From assembly GCA_951406725.2 (NCBI GenBank), contig OX597815.1:195858001-195922000 (forward strand): a stretch of 64,000 bases of DNA, written 5' to 3'. Positions 63,695-64,000 of the stretch are shown here, piece by piece. The translations under genes and the position numbers were made by a program. The first letter of the stretch is position 1; every line of letters begins with the position of its first letter. Source of the DNA: Octopus vulgaris (lineage: Eukaryota). The notes beneath the pieces were generated by a model that had not been told where the DNA came from, made no database searches, and was given only the letters and a program-made list of their open reading frames with translations.

Positions 63695-64000
63695 CTCTTT
63701 GTATATATTCGTGTTGTCTTTTTTGTATGTATCTGTGACACTATTCGAAATCAGGCGCTTATAAACGTCCTTATCAAGTGCATATAAGTTCCTTGTCTTA
63801 TCAGAATTAACGAAGATCTTATTCGAGTTGTTAATCTCCTTAATTATTTGCGGAATTTAATTTTCCTATTAAGCTCGAAAAGGTCTTTCTCGAAGGCTTC
63901 TAATTCCGGAATAGGTGGCGGGTTTCTGGGAGATTTAAATCCATATTTGATTCCGTCTGTTTTCTGTTTAGTATCAAAGAAGAAGGCTTTCCATCTCAAT

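Larger units (their letters stand above)
60720..64000 (-). mobile_element. Naiad-type Penelope-like element, running off the window end
   Basis: LRWKAFFF, DKTRNLY, FDIIDFYPSI, FDVPMG, LYRDDGL, CxxCPLxGxC linker, GIY-YIG (VVY...YTG...FKTRF..H), CKLCLLEK, CRH; hammerhead and AATAAA before (TA)n at 60720. Confidence 0.9.

Overview
This is a very AT-rich, microsatellite-dense eukaryotic intergenic or intronic window, and no host gene could be identified with confidence. The SINE families resemble those of octopus/cephalopods (recalled, not searched). Almost all explainable sequence is mobile DNA: four tRNA-headed SINE families (A-D here), two CR1-like LINEs (one nearly intact), R4/Dong-type RLE LINEs in (AAT)n arrays, RTE fragments, Penelope-like elements (PLEs) of two clades, a decayed mariner, a hAT MITE and four non-autonomous Helitron-like elements. 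The main result is at least three distinct families of minimal type I hammerhead-ribozyme motifs. One family sits in a tRNA-headed, SINE-like element (two copies), and one of those copies has a PLE-style inverted tail, suggesting a Pol III ribozyme SINE mobilised by PLEs. Also seen: SINE-A shares a covarying 3' stem-loop with the CR1-like LINEs, SINE-B inserts into its own head, and fold-back elements sit in (TA)n. All calls are by eye and boundaries are approximate.
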